Made by a program: the position numbers and the translations under genes. Under the pieces are notes generated by a model. The model was given only the letters and a program-made list of their open reading frames with translations. It was not told where the DNA came from and made no database searches. Positions 19,192 through 29,320 of a DNA stretch of 64,000 bases are shown here, in pieces. Within the stretch, counting starts at the first letter, position 1. Every line of letters begins with the position of its first letter. Location: contig JAWAJB010000002.1 in assembly GCA_038888155.1 (NCBI GenBank), positions 224,001 to 288,000 on the forward strand, in the 5' to 3' direction. Source of the DNA: Desulfurococcaceae archaeon. Lineage in GTDB: Archaea > Thermoproteota > Thermoprotei_A > Sulfolobales > Desulfurococcaceae.

Positions 19192-20478
19192 TCAGATAAT
19201 CGTATAATTGTAGTATTGTTTTAGAAACGAGGTAAAGTTCTCCCATTCTGGTTCAATTGGTGGAGGGATCTTCAAAGAGAGAGGTCTCGTGTCTTTAAGC
19301 CCTGCAGATGTAATTACTGTGATAATAACGGCATCTCTCTCGACCTTTCCTTCTTCAATAAGCTTTATGGTAGCTGCCAAAGATGCTGCAGAGGCTGCCT
19401 CGGGGAAGATGCCCTCATATCTGGCTAGTAAATAAATTGCTTCAACTATTTCACTATCCGATACAGGCTGAGCTAATCCACCGGAGTCTCGAATTGCGCG
19501 AAAGGCTTGATAGCTACTTATGTTCCCAGCTATAGATAAGGCAATGCTTTCCTTGGCTGATACCTTCTCTACGTAATCTAGGCCTTTTTTAAGAGCATTA
19601 GCAAGGGGGCCCATCTCTGTCTCTGCCGCTACCATTTTAGGGATCCTGTCGATAAATCCCAGCGTGTAGTAGTCATTAAACCCTGCCCAAATGCCGTACA
19701 ACCCCTCTCCATTAGCAGTTGGAACAACAACGTAATCCGGGACATTAAAGTTTAGTTGCTCGACGATTTCATAGGCTATTGTCTTATGTCCTTGTGTTCC
19801 ATATGGATTTCCGGTTGGCATTGGTCGACTAAATGTACCGGTTGGATACCACCCAAGCTCATTTACACACTTATTCATCAAGAAGAGCCTTCCCTCTCCT
19901 GTTCTTACTGGAACCACCTTGGCACCATACGCTCTCATAAATGCAAACATTGTCTCGGATATTAATGGATGTGCAAAAATAACTGCCTCCATGCCAGCTA
20001 CAGCTGCGTAAGCAGCTGTAGAGGCTCCGTGATTTCCAGTTGTTGAGACGGTTGCCATTTTAGCGCCAAACTCTAGCCCCTTTGAAATTGCTATTGAACA
20101 TAACCTATCTTTATATGACCATGTTGGATTGGTAGATTCGTTCTTAATGTAGAGGTTTCTTAAATGAAGTTTTTTCTCCAAGTTTTTAGCCTTAATTAGT
20201 TGCGTGTTACCTTCACCTAGCGTGATCATGTGTTTTTCATTTTCTACAGGCAATAGCTCTTTGTACCTCCAAACTCCTAATTCCTTAGGTCTCTTAAGGA
20301 AAAGGTCCCTTGAGATCTCACTTGAGATGGCTTCAAAATCGTAGGTTACTATGAGATTTGAAACAAATTTATCAGTTCTACAGCTAGGACATCCATTGAA
20401 GAGCTTTGAAATAGGATACTCTGCACCACATTTTATACACTTTAAGCCAACTACTCTCCTCTTCATATATAACTCCAA
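19192..20478 (-). CDS. Threonine synthase-like PLP enzyme
   Basis: N-terminal CxxC...CxxC, TLGEGNT, NPTWSYKDR (PLP lysine), TTGNHG, KTIAYEI and EGIFPEAASA. Confidence 0.85.
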   Translation of the reverse strand: MELYMKRRVVGLKCIKCGAEYPISKLFNGCPSCRTDKFVSNLIVTYDFEAISSEISRDLFLKRPKELGVWRYKELLPVENEKHMITLGEGNTQLIKAKNLEKKLHLRNLYIKNESTNPTWSYKDRLCSIAISKGLEFGAKMATVSTTGNHGASTAAYAAVAGMEAVIFAHPLISETMFAFMRAYGAKVVPVRTGEGRLFLMNKCVNELGWYPTGTFSRPMPTGNPYGTQGHKTIAYEIVEQLNFNVPDYVVVPTANGEGLYGIWAGFNDYYTLGFIDRIPKMVAAETEMGPLANALKKGLDYVEKVSAKESIALSIAGNISSYQAFRAIRDSGGLAQPVSDSEIVEAIYLLARYEGIFPEAASAASLAATIKLIEEGKVERDAVIITVITSAGLKDTRPLSLKIPPPIEPEWENFTSFLKQYYNYTII

Positions 20479-20586
20479 TAACCAGTAGGGAAAGTTTGAC
20501 TAATAAGCGTCTAAGACGCCTACAAAAAGTCAATAGTTGGCGACCCTGATTATACCGATGTGTCTTTCGAGTTAATGAAGAGAATT

Positions 20587-21873
20587 TTATTCATTCAACG
20601 GAGAGGAGGCAAGGGCCTTTATTGTCTCCTTGAGAACGCGCACCCCAGTAATAACATCGTTCCAATCGGTCCACTCAAGAGGAGAATGGCTGATTCCTCT
20701 ATAGCTTGGCACAAATATCATTCCCGTCTTTACCTTAGATGCTAGATTTTGAGAGTCGTGTCCTGCGCCACTGTTTACTCTCTTCGTTTTGATGCCCATT
20801 TGTTTTGCAGCATTTTCAATAACATTTACTACTTCATTTGAAAGCGGCACTGGCTTATGGGTTAAAAGGGTCTGTGTAGAAACTCGCACTCTATATTTTA
20901 ATGTGAGTTGCTCTAGGAAGTCCTCAATGTCCTCCTTGAATTTAAAAATGTTATTCTCGTTGAAGTCCCTAATATCTATACCCATCTCAACCCTACCCGG
21001 AATGGTATTTATCACGTTGGGATAGACTTGCATTTTGCCAACCGTTCCTAGCGTAGTGGGGCTTATTCGTTCTGCATTCTTATATACGTACATAATTACC
21101 TCTGCAGAAGCAACAAGGGGATCCTTACGCATTCTCATGGGAATTGTTCCAGCGTGACTTGCCTCGCCCTCTACGGTAACTTTTAGCCAAGTTATACCGT
21201 TAATGTTCTCCACTACCCCTATTGGTATTCCTTCGCTCCACAGGATAGGCCCCTGCTCAATATGTAGCTCAACCATATATTCGACATCATCTAACCCTCT
21301 TATGCAATTTCCCTTATAACCTATGTTCTCAAGGGCCTCCTCTAGAGTTTTCCCTTCACTATTTCTCGCCCTTAATGCCTCTTCAACGCTCAACTTACCA
21401 ACTAGAACAGAGCTTCCAAGGAGACTTGGCGTGAAAGCTGATCCCTCTTCTGCAGTGAAAACTACAATTTCTATAGGTCTATCATTAATAAAATTCTCCT
21501 CGATGAGGCTCTTGATTGCCTCGATAGATCCAAACACTCCTAGGGCCCCATCAAATTGACCGCCATTTACCACTGTATCAATGTGGGACCCAGTCATAAC
21601 TGTACCAGTTTTATATCTTGTCCCTTCCAGCCTTCCATATATGTTTCCAACGACATCAACTTTAACAGCAAGTCCCGCCTCCTCCATTAATCTGACAATG
21701 TAGTCTCTAGCCTTTCTATCGGCCTCAGAACCCGTTAACCTAGTTACCCCCTTGGTTTCGTCTAATTCGCTGTATTTCTTAACCCCAATGGGGGGGTTGC
21801 GACCAAATTTGCCTGATTCAACAATTGTTTCAATTAATCTCTCAACATTAATACCCACACCACTATATGTCAT
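20587..21873 (-). CDS. M20 Zn-dependent hydrolase (N-carbamoyl-L-amino-acid/allantoate amidohydrolase family)
   Basis: GSHIDTV.NGGQFDG, EEG, ELHIEQGP, HAGT.PM, SGAGHD, GISHSP. Start uncertain (ATG 21873 or a downstream GTG). Confidence 0.92.
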   Translation of the reverse strand: MTYSGVGINVERLIETIVESGKFGRNPPIGVKKYSELDETKGVTRLTGSEADRKARDYIVRLMEEAGLAVKVDVVGNIYGRLEGTRYKTGTVMTGSHIDTVVNGGQFDGALGVFGSIEAIKSLIEENFINDRPIEIVVFTAEEGSAFTPSLLGSSVLVGKLSVEEALRARNSEGKTLEEALENIGYKGNCIRGLDDVEYMVELHIEQGPILWSEGIPIGVVENINGITWLKVTVEGEASHAGTIPMRMRKDPLVASAEVIMYVYKNAERISPTTLGTVGKMQVYPNVINTIPGRVEMGIDIRDFNENNIFKFKEDIEDFLEQLTLKYRVRVSTQTLLTHKPVPLSNEVVNVIENAAKQMGIKTKRVNSGAGHDSQNLASKVKTGMIFVPSYRGISHSPLEWTDWNDVITGVRVLKETIKALASSPLNE

Positions 21874-22339
21874 ATTCCCGGGCACCCATATTATGTAATA
21901 GATTAGAGAGTTATACAACTTTCTGAATGTTTTCCGGGTAAAAATATCAAGCGATGTCGAGTACTAAGCGATCCACATTAGTGCATTTACTAGTCTATAT
22001 TTGGGGCTACAAGCTCGGCGCCTGATATTACATAATCCCGCGAGGACCTTTAAGCCATAAAACCGCTCAAAATCATATTTGCCTTCATAATTTGATACCT
22101 GACGCGATTTTAATAGTTGGGCTTGCAAAGTGAGATATCTGCAGTTATTGAATTCAAGTGCATACAGAAAAAGAGTCCCACCAACCTATCAATAGTTGTT
22201 CATAAAACAAGCTGACTATATCCAACTAACAATATTTAAGTATCGATCCCCCAATAGGACACGCAAGTGAATGGACTGATTATGGTAACTATCCTTTGAG
22301 GCTTATGTTACAATAACTGTGCGCCTGCTGGAAACTAAA

Positions 22340-22597
22340 TTAACTATGGGCTCGAACTGCCTTAGCAAATATTAATTTGTTATTTATATGAGAAATCTCA
22401 ACTACTTTATAGCCATACCTTGAAATTAACAGCTCTAGAATTCTAAATGGCACGGTCTCTATGTTGAAATAGATCTTTAGTTCAGAGACTCCCCTATTAG
22501 AGGCCTCAGAGGCCAAGCTATTTAATAAGGCTATTGGATGTTCTTTACACGAGTTTTTTGCCTCCCTTAGATCTATTTCAACACTTGACATCTCCAA
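22340..22597 (-). CDS. Small TusA/SirA-like protein
   Basis: 85 aa; IDLR....C..HP resembles the TusA LD.RG..CP.P start; C-terminal GYKV strand. Confidence 0.45.
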   Translation of the reverse strand: MEMSSVEIDLREAKNSCKEHPIALLNSLASEASNRGVSELKIYFNIETVPFRILELLISRYGYKVVEISHINNKLIFAKAVRAHS

Positions 22598-22791
22598 AAC
22601 CTACATCGGTTATATACAAGCCAATTAAATCCAAATAAAACTTTTATATGGCATATTATAATTTTCCTCCAGCTCCTTGCTCACAAATCGTTGAAGACAT
22701 TTTATGATGTTAAATTAATATGATCGATCCCTGTGGGAGTTGGAATGAAGGCATATAATGTTCAAAATTAAATAATAGCCATGGTGAAAAA

Positions 22792-23919
22792 ATGAAAATT
22801 ACTCAAGTAGATATTATTCCACTTAGCGTTCCTTCTTCAAGGCCATTAAAAGTTGGAACATATGGAGAATTGGGTGAAAAGTTAAACTTCATAATGAGCA
22901 AAGTCTACACAGACGAAGGTATAGTTGGCTATGGCGAGGCTCCTCCGCTTCCGCCACTATCACCTGAATCGCAAGAAGTTATAGTAGGAGTACTACAGAA
23001 AAGAATAGTTCCTTCAATCCTAGGGGAGGATCCCTTTGATCATGAGGGTATTTGGGAAAAGATGGATTTTGTAGCACCTACTTATCCTATGGCAAAGTCT
23101 GTGATCGATATTGCTTTGTATGATATAGTGGGTAAAGCACTTAACATTCCATTATATAAATTCCTCGGCGGAGGATCCAATAAAAAATTCCCAGTGGTTG
23201 GATTAATTGGCCTTGGGACCACGGATTTAGTAGTTAACGAAGCCAGGAGGCTCGTAAGTGAGGGCTATAAAGGGTTAAGGCTCAAGATTAGCCCTGGAAG
23301 GGATGTTGAGCTAGTGAAAGCAGTTCGTCAAGAAATTGGAGATGATGTGACCATACGTGTTGACGCCAATCAAAGCTACTCAAAGTACAGGGCAATAAGA
23401 ACGATAAGAGCTATTGAGAGATATGAAGTCGAACTTGTAGAACAACCTACACCTTGGTGGGATTTCAAGGGCTTAGCTGAAGTCGCTAAATCTGTCGACA
23501 CGCCAATTATGCCGCATGAATCCCTATATTTAATTTCAGATGTTAAAGCCTTAATCGATCTAGAAGCCCTCGAAGTCCTAGGATTAAAAGTTTATAGACC
23601 TGGCGGCGGTATAACTAGCGCGAAAAAATTAATTAACATGGCGCAAATATTAAACATTCCATGCTTACTCCACGATGATATAGAGCTTGGGGTTTCATTG
23701 GCAGCTGCAGCGCATTTCATTGTGGCAAATTATAGGAACATTAAATTGAAGTGCGAACTTTCTGGTTATCCCGATTGGATAGGCGATGAAGTAATCAAGA
23801 CGCCTGTAAAGATAGTTAAAGGATTTGCTGAGGCACCAGAAGGACCTGGTCTAGGAGTTGAACTCGACGACGAAAAAGTTAAAAAGTACTCTAAAGGAAT
23901 TATAACTTGCAAATTATGA
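22792..23919 (+). CDS. Enolase-superfamily enzyme, MLE subgroup (mandelate racemase/muconate lactonizing family)
   Basis: TDEGIVGYGE, DIALYDI.GK, RVDANQ, EQP and GPGLGVELD. Confidence 0.92.
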   Translation: MKITQVDIIPLSVPSSRPLKVGTYGELGEKLNFIMSKVYTDEGIVGYGEAPPLPPLSPESQEVIVGVLQKRIVPSILGEDPFDHEGIWEKMDFVAPTYPMAKSVIDIALYDIVGKALNIPLYKFLGGGSNKKFPVVGLIGLGTTDLVVNEARRLVSEGYKGLRLKISPGRDVELVKAVRQEIGDDVTIRVDANQSYSKYRAIRTIRAIERYEVELVEQPTPWWDFKGLAEVAKSVDTPIMPHESLYLISDVKALIDLEALEVLGLKVYRPGGGITSAKKLINMAQILNIPCLLHDDIELGVSLAAAAHFIVANYRNIKLKCELSGYPDWIGDEVIKTPVKIVKGFAEAPEGPGLGVELDDEKVKKYSKGIITCKL

Positions 23920-23987
23920 ACTTTGTTTTCCAGAGAATACATCTTTTATATGTACATACTTTTGAGCGAATCAGTTTTATCTTAGCT

Positions 23988-25247
23988 CTAAACTGAGGAG
24001 ATTAAATTTAGATATAGCTCCGCGTAGATCTTAGAAGCTGTGACAATGTTGTTGACCTCAATGTATTCATTGGGGGCATGCACTCCAACGGCGCCTGGAC
24101 CATATGTTGCAACTTCATAGCCCTTCATTAGATAATATATCATATCTAGCCCATTGAAGCATACAACCTTATCAGGTTTTACTCCTGTTATGTTTGCTGA
24201 AGACCTTTCAATAGCTTCATACAATTTTAAATTTGGATCAGCAACAGCCGACTCCTGGGATAAGATCAGATTTGTCTCGACATCGATGCCCAATTCCTTG
24301 GCTTTAATAGCTATAAATTCCTCTATTTCCCTCCAAGCATCTTCAACAGTTTCTTCAGGGATAACCCTCCTATCTATACTAAAAATTACTTCACCGGGGA
24401 CTTGGTTGATCTTTTCTCCTCCCTTTAGTAACCCTCCTATCATTAAAGTAGCCTTTGAGGCCTCTTCAATATCATATTTGAACTTGCTCCTTTTGCTTTC
24501 AACCTTTGGAACTAGTTCGTCGAACATTTTAACTGCTAAGCGAGAAGCTCTCTCAAAAGCATTTACACCTAGCCAAGGAGATGCACCATGAGCTGTTTTG
24601 CCCTTAACGATAACTAATCCCCTAATGCGTCCCTTTTGGCCAATGTAAATCCTATTCAACCCCGTTGGTTCAGCGATAACCACATATCTCCCTCTGACCT
24701 TGTTATTCTCGGTAATGTACTGCGTCCCAGTTTCACCGCCGATCTCCTCATCTGGTACCAGGAAGATCTCGATCCCGTAACCAGTTTTATCAATAGCACC
24801 TAGGAGCCCTACAATTGATAAGATTGTTGCTGTTATCCCTCCCTTCATGTCTCCTGCCCCTCTTCCAAATACTTTCCCATCTATTAGTTTTGGCTTAAAT
24901 GGCTCTGTTACAGTCCAGCCGGGACCGCCTGCGACAACATCATAGTGCCCGTTAAAGTGTAAAATGGTGTTTCTCGAATCCCCCACTCTAATTATTGCTA
25001 GGTACCTTGGTTTACTCTTTCCCTCAGCTGGCAACCTGGGGTCTGTATATTCTGAAGGAATAGTCTCTATAGTGACGATAATACCGTAATCCTTTAGAAA
25101 GTCTCTAATTAACTCTACAAATTCTTTGTAATTGGTGCCCTCGGGTGATATTGTGGACAACGAGATCATATCGAGAAATAGTTTCACAAAGTTGTCAGCT
25201 TCCCTGCTTATGGTTCCATAAATCTTCTCTTTATTAATATAGGTCAT
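23988..25247 (-). CDS. M20 metallopeptidase, ArgE/DapE family (paralog C)
   Basis: HFNGHYDVV, GRGAGDMKGG, PDEEIGG, AEPT and VHAPNE. Confidence 0.92.
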   Translation of the reverse strand: MTYINKEKIYGTISREADNFVKLFLDMISLSTISPEGTNYKEFVELIRDFLKDYGIIVTIETIPSEYTDPRLPAEGKSKPRYLAIIRVGDSRNTILHFNGHYDVVAGGPGWTVTEPFKPKLIDGKVFGRGAGDMKGGITATILSIVGLLGAIDKTGYGIEIFLVPDEEIGGETGTQYITENNKVRGRYVVIAEPTGLNRIYIGQKGRIRGLVIVKGKTAHGASPWLGVNAFERASRLAVKMFDELVPKVESKRSKFKYDIEEASKATLMIGGLLKGGEKINQVPGEVIFSIDRRVIPEETVEDAWREIEEFIAIKAKELGIDVETNLILSQESAVADPNLKLYEAIERSSANITGVKPDKVVCFNGLDMIYYLMKGYEVATYGPGAVGVHAPNEYIEVNNIVTASKIYAELYLNLISSV

Positions 25248-25363
25248 GTTTGCACTACCCACATTTTTAATATCCGACGTATAAATAAATTTGTCTACAT
25301 CTTCATAGTCAATAATGAAACAAAGAGATAACAGCGATAACGGGAAATCAAGGTTTTCCTTCT

Positions 25364-26074
25364 TTACTTGGGCCCCCTTTCCAGCTCTTCCTTGATGCGA
25401 TTCCTTAGCTCCTTTATTTTACTTAGGTTTTCCTTTATTTTCTCGAGCCATTCTTTCGATGCCTCAATGCCTTTCCTAGTGAAAAACGCCACTGCTTCGC
25501 TACGGCTCTTAAATATACCGGCCTCTACCAGCTCGTCGATGATCATTGCATCTTCATCCCTTAGCCTTATTGACGAGATAACTGTAGACAAAGACTCTAA
25601 AGCGCTTCTAGTTTCATTAATTGCAAATCTCACAGTTTCTTCTAGTTCCTTTCCAACAACTTCTGCAAGCCTCCAAGGCAAAGTAGTAATCGCACTCCAT
25701 GTAGATCTCCTTTTAATCTTGATCTCCGGGTATTTTTCCTCGATGTATTTAATGACTTCTCCGTATTTATCTTGGAATTCCTTTATCATTGTCTTCATAT
25801 ACTCCTCCAAGCTTCTAGTAGCATCAATCACAGCCATGTCGTTGAACTTTTTGGCTTCCTCCATTATTTCTCTCACTCCTCGCCTAGTCTCAATTAATGC
25901 GTCTTCGAAATAGTCTACAATGTGTTCTAGTTTCCTATAAAGCCTCATTACTTTTTGTGGAGTGAGCCAATCGGAGACCTCTGATCTAAGGACCTCGAGC
26001 TCTTCTAACGCCTTTTTAAAGGCTCTCTCAAGTCTATCCTTTATTAATTTCAATTCATTTTTTGTGTCAGACAT
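25364..26074 (-). CDS. Coiled-coil protein with a C-terminal ribbon-helix-helix (CopG-like) domain
   Basis: SIRLRDED..IIDELVEAGIFKSRSEAV RHH pattern; charged helical N-terminus. ATG 26074 preferred. Confidence 0.7.
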   Translation of the reverse strand: MSDTKNELKLIKDRLERAFKKALEELEVLRSEVSDWLTPQKVMRLYRKLEHIVDYFEDALIETRRGVREIMEEAKKFNDMAVIDATRSLEEYMKTMIKEFQDKYGEVIKYIEEKYPEIKIKRRSTWSAITTLPWRLAEVVGKELEETVRFAINETRSALESLSTVISSIRLRDEDAMIIDELVEAGIFKSRSEAVAFFTRKGIEASKEWLEKIKENLSKIKELRNRIKEELERGPK

Positions 26075-26368
26075 ATTACCACATCTCTTGTAATTTTGTA
26101 AAAACAACCTATAAAATTTTTCTAATACAAATCGCGACAAAGCAAACAATTTTTGATCCTTCAATCTTGGAGTTCTTTGCGCTTGTGTAATTGATGAGCA
26201 CAATCTATTATTAACGTGATATAAACTGGTAAAAACTGGTCCGATTAGACTGACGTTTAACCAACTATTGATTTCTTGCACGCAGGCAATTCTACAGGAT
26301 TTTTATGTCGAAAATTACATTATAGACCTCGCCCATAAATTTGAATTAAGTAAAAATAATTTTTTAAA

Positions 26369-26845
26369 CTATGGTTCAACATCGAATGGTATCTCTAATA
26401 GCTCTTTGGAGGCCCTAAATCTTACCTTACCTATTTTAATTTTACCTATGTCCCTAGAGGAGATAGTGTGCTGTTTGTTGCATGCATTGATATTCCATAT
26501 CTCCCCGTTAGTATCATATACTATGAGAATATGCAAGGTTTGTACCTCATCCGGTATTGGAAATAAATCATAAATTATGTTACCGTAATTTGATTCCGCT
26601 TCTTTACGCGACATTACCTTAATCTCGATTTTAAGGTCCTCGGCTATTTTTTTATTTGTTAAATCTTCTATTAACTTTATTTCCTCCGGGCTAGGCGCTT
26701 TATTGAATCTAACTGTAAGTCTGCCGTGCTTGCCATTAACATACACACCAGCAGTCCACATAGCGCTCGGTCCAAGGACTCTTACAACTGATCCTTTCAA
26801 CAGATGGAGAGCCGTGTGGGTGCGAACTTCATCAGTGTAATTCAT
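26369..26845 (-). CDS. alaXS: Free-standing alanyl-tRNA editing protein (AlaX-S)
   Basis: Zn motifs HTALH and CNKQH; about 158 aa; FR..KELLEI.F C-terminus. Confidence 0.88.
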   Translation of the reverse strand: MNYTDEVRTHTALHLLKGSVVRVLGPSAMWTAGVYVNGKHGRLTVRFNKAPSPEEIKLIEDLTNKKIAEDLKIEIKVMSRKEAESNYGNIIYDLFPIPDEVQTLHILIVYDTNGEIWNINACNKQHTISSRDIGKIKIGKVRFRASKELLEIPFDVEP

Positions 26846-26941
26846 CTGCTCCTTCAATCCATGTGCACCGCAGAAGTATATTTACAATAATTGTTTTAAA
26901 AATTTTTGAGTCATGTTGCGTAATACACAGGATGCTTGAGA

Positions 26942-28186
26942 TCATTTGGTAAATTTAGAGAATATGTAGTAAATCAAACCTGTTACTGCCATTGAGGGCA
27001 GAGTTGCACCTAGCCAAGGCAAATAAGCCGAAATGATTACATAAAGGCCGAACCCAATAAACCACGATGCAATCCCAGGATATCTCAGCTGTTGTGCCTT
27101 TTCGCCGATTAGTTCTTCGATTTCATATTTTTTCCTGCATACCGCAAAGTAATCTATGATCATAATTGATGCTAAGGGAACGAAAGCCCCACCGATAAGT
27201 AGCAGGAACCATTCGTACTCTTGCATAGGGAAAATGAGAGCAATAGCTGTTCCTAGTAAACCCACGAATAAAATTTGTCTTCTAAGCGATTCACGGGGTC
27301 TTACATTCTTAAAGGTTATGGCAGCAGAATATATATCTAAGAACGTAGTAGTTGTAGTTGACAATAGCACAATCAGCATTGCCGGTATCCCCAGTCCATA
27401 AACAGCGATAATTCCTATCGGATCACCTATACCTAAGTACATGTTTGATATCCCGCCTACAAAATAAAACAAGCTACTAGTTATGAAGTACCCAAGAAAT
27501 GTACTCCAGAAAGCACCTCCCTTTACGAGTCTTGAGTAATCAGCGACAAGGGGTAACCAAGAAACTGGCATCGCCACAACCAGGTCCAAGGCTTGTAGTT
27601 CGGTCAAATCGCCTGTACTGTAATGCCAATTTACAAAGCCTATATTGCCAACAACTACAGTCGTAAGCCAAACAATGAGAACTAGTAGCATGAGAGCAGA
27701 TATTCTTTCGAGCCACCTCCACTTTTTGGGTCCTACAACGGTCCAAAAAGTATTGAGCAATCCGAAAACTATTATCCATAAACTGAAATTCGACGGATAC
27801 CCGAGAGCTATGAAAACGGTATCTAAGGCTCTTGCACCAACGATATTCATGACAGCAGTCCAGCCAATTAGTTGCAAGTAGTTGAGCAGGGATGCTAAGA
27901 ATGATCCCTTCACACCAAGCGGTCTTCGCGAAAGAACCATTGTTGGGACGCCAACTTGATATCCCTCTAATGCCACAAGTCCCATTAACGCATTACCTAT
28001 TATGTGCCCAATTATTATTACAACCAATGCTGAAAACAGTGAAACTCCAGGTACCAACAACGCGCCAGCCCAAAACTCAGCTATAGAAATGCCTGCTCCA
28101 AACCAAATTGCCAGCAGATCCCATGAATTTAGGAATCTCTGTGAGTGGGACACGGGCTCAATTCGGCTACTCGCATCTTCGCTCAT
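26942..28186 (-). CDS. cytX: NCS1-family transporter, CytX-like (hydroxymethylpyrimidine)
   Basis: WFGAGISIAE, QLIGWTAVM, AMPVSWLPLVADYSR and STTTTTFLDIYSA. Confidence 0.82.
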   Translation of the reverse strand: MSEDASSRIEPVSHSQRFLNSWDLLAIWFGAGISIAEFWAGALLVPGVSLFSALVVIIIGHIIGNALMGLVALEGYQVGVPTMVLSRRPLGVKGSFLASLLNYLQLIGWTAVMNIVGARALDTVFIALGYPSNFSLWIIVFGLLNTFWTVVGPKKWRWLERISALMLLVLIVWLTTVVVGNIGFVNWHYSTGDLTELQALDLVVAMPVSWLPLVADYSRLVKGGAFWSTFLGYFITSSLFYFVGGISNMYLGIGDPIGIIAVYGLGIPAMLIVLLSTTTTTFLDIYSAAITFKNVRPRESLRRQILFVGLLGTAIALIFPMQEYEWFLLLIGGAFVPLASIMIIDYFAVCRKKYEIEELIGEKAQQLRYPGIASWFIGFGLYVIISAYLPWLGATLPSMAVTGLIYYIFSKFTK

Positions 28187-28208
28187 AATACCACCAAAGG
28201 GATTCCAT

Positions 28209-28226
28209 ATATAAACCAGTTTATAT
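28209..28226. promoter_or_regulatory. Palindromic operator candidate upstream of cytX
   Basis: ATATAAAC-CA-GTTTATAT (perfect 8-bp arms) beginning 23 nt upstream of the cytX start. Confidence 0.55.
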
Positions 28227-28633
28227 GCTTTAGATAATTCGGTTATCGCGCATTACAAGAGTGTAGAGCGATATTTCATATATTGAGTATATCGTCGATA
28301 ACCGGCCCAATTAGATATCTCTGAATTTAAATATAGTATGTCAAATGGGACATCGCTTAGTATCAATTCTCCAGCATAAGCACAAGTGGAGAAAATATGC
28401 CCGCTAGACATTAAGACCGTGAACATAGTAATAAGCAGTGAAGATTTAGTGAAGAGCCGGCGGAAGTTCGAATAAAAAGGAGGTAAATTGCGCGATTTTC
28501 CTTTGTCGTTTTCTCTATGTCCTGCTATTCTAAAGCTTAAATTACAAAATTATTCGTTTTAATCAATTTAGTTTGAAACCCTATTGGTTTTACGAAATGT
28601 TTAGTTTTATGAGCCCCTTAAACATGACAATGT

Positions 28634-29017
28634 TTGCTGGAGGAGCCCGTGTCCGAGGATGTATATCAATTGAGAAAGGGAGTATGGGTCAAACTAAGTA
28701 ATGAAGCCAGCAAGCGCGTTGTCCATATAATTAAGAGCGTTGAAGATAAACAGCGCGTTGAGTGTCTCGTACGCGCAACGGAAAAGACATATGCACTATA
28801 CTACGAAGTTTTCATGGTTCTTGAGCCGACGAGGAGGCTCAAAAATTCTAGAGGCGACATTAATTACGATGAATACGTCTTTAGGGTGGGCGATAAATTA
28901 TTCGTTTTAACGGTGCTGTACAGGTATACTAACAAGTGCTTTGATACAGGGGTCTATATTGGGCTAGACAAAGGTAAAATTTTGACACTAAGAAAACTTG
29001 CGAAGTGGGAGTTCTAA
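28634..29017 (+). CDS. Hypothetical protein
   Basis: 127-aa ORF with protein-like composition in an otherwise empty region. Confidence 0.6.
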   Translation: MLEEPVSEDVYQLRKGVWVKLSNEASKRVVHIIKSVEDKQRVECLVRATEKTYALYYEVFMVLEPTRRLKNSRGDINYDEYVFRVGDKLFVLTVLYRYTNKCFDTGVYIGLDKGKILTLRKLAKWEF

Positions 29018-29320
29018 ACTTTTTTGGACTTAAACACCAAAATGTTGTAGAAATAGGGAATTGGCTATCAGAAATTTCTAGGTAAACGTTAAGCAAAGAA
29101 CAAAAAATGATTGATTTGGTTAATACACCGTGAATTACTATTAAATAGTGCTCGACAGGCTCGCTAGGGTATACGAAAGGCAGGGTAAAGTAAAAGAAGA
29201 TCGTGTCAGACTGCCAATCAAAGTGTAACATAGTAAGAAAAGAGTACCTTTTAAAAAATAAAGAGACAGTTAAAAAAAAATAATGAAGCAGATTGGAGCT
29301 TTTATGCACACGTAAAAAAA

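Noticed and set aside
25368-25913. 181-aa plus-strand Ser-rich ORF, and similar antisense ORFs such as 53589-54191, 39435-39896 and 59217-59678
   Set aside because: Fully overlap well-supported genes on the opposite strand and have typical shadow composition.
26075-26281. N-terminal extension of the RHH protein ORF
   Set aside because: Spans the likely promoter; ATG 26074 has a GTGGT RBS-like sequence upstream.
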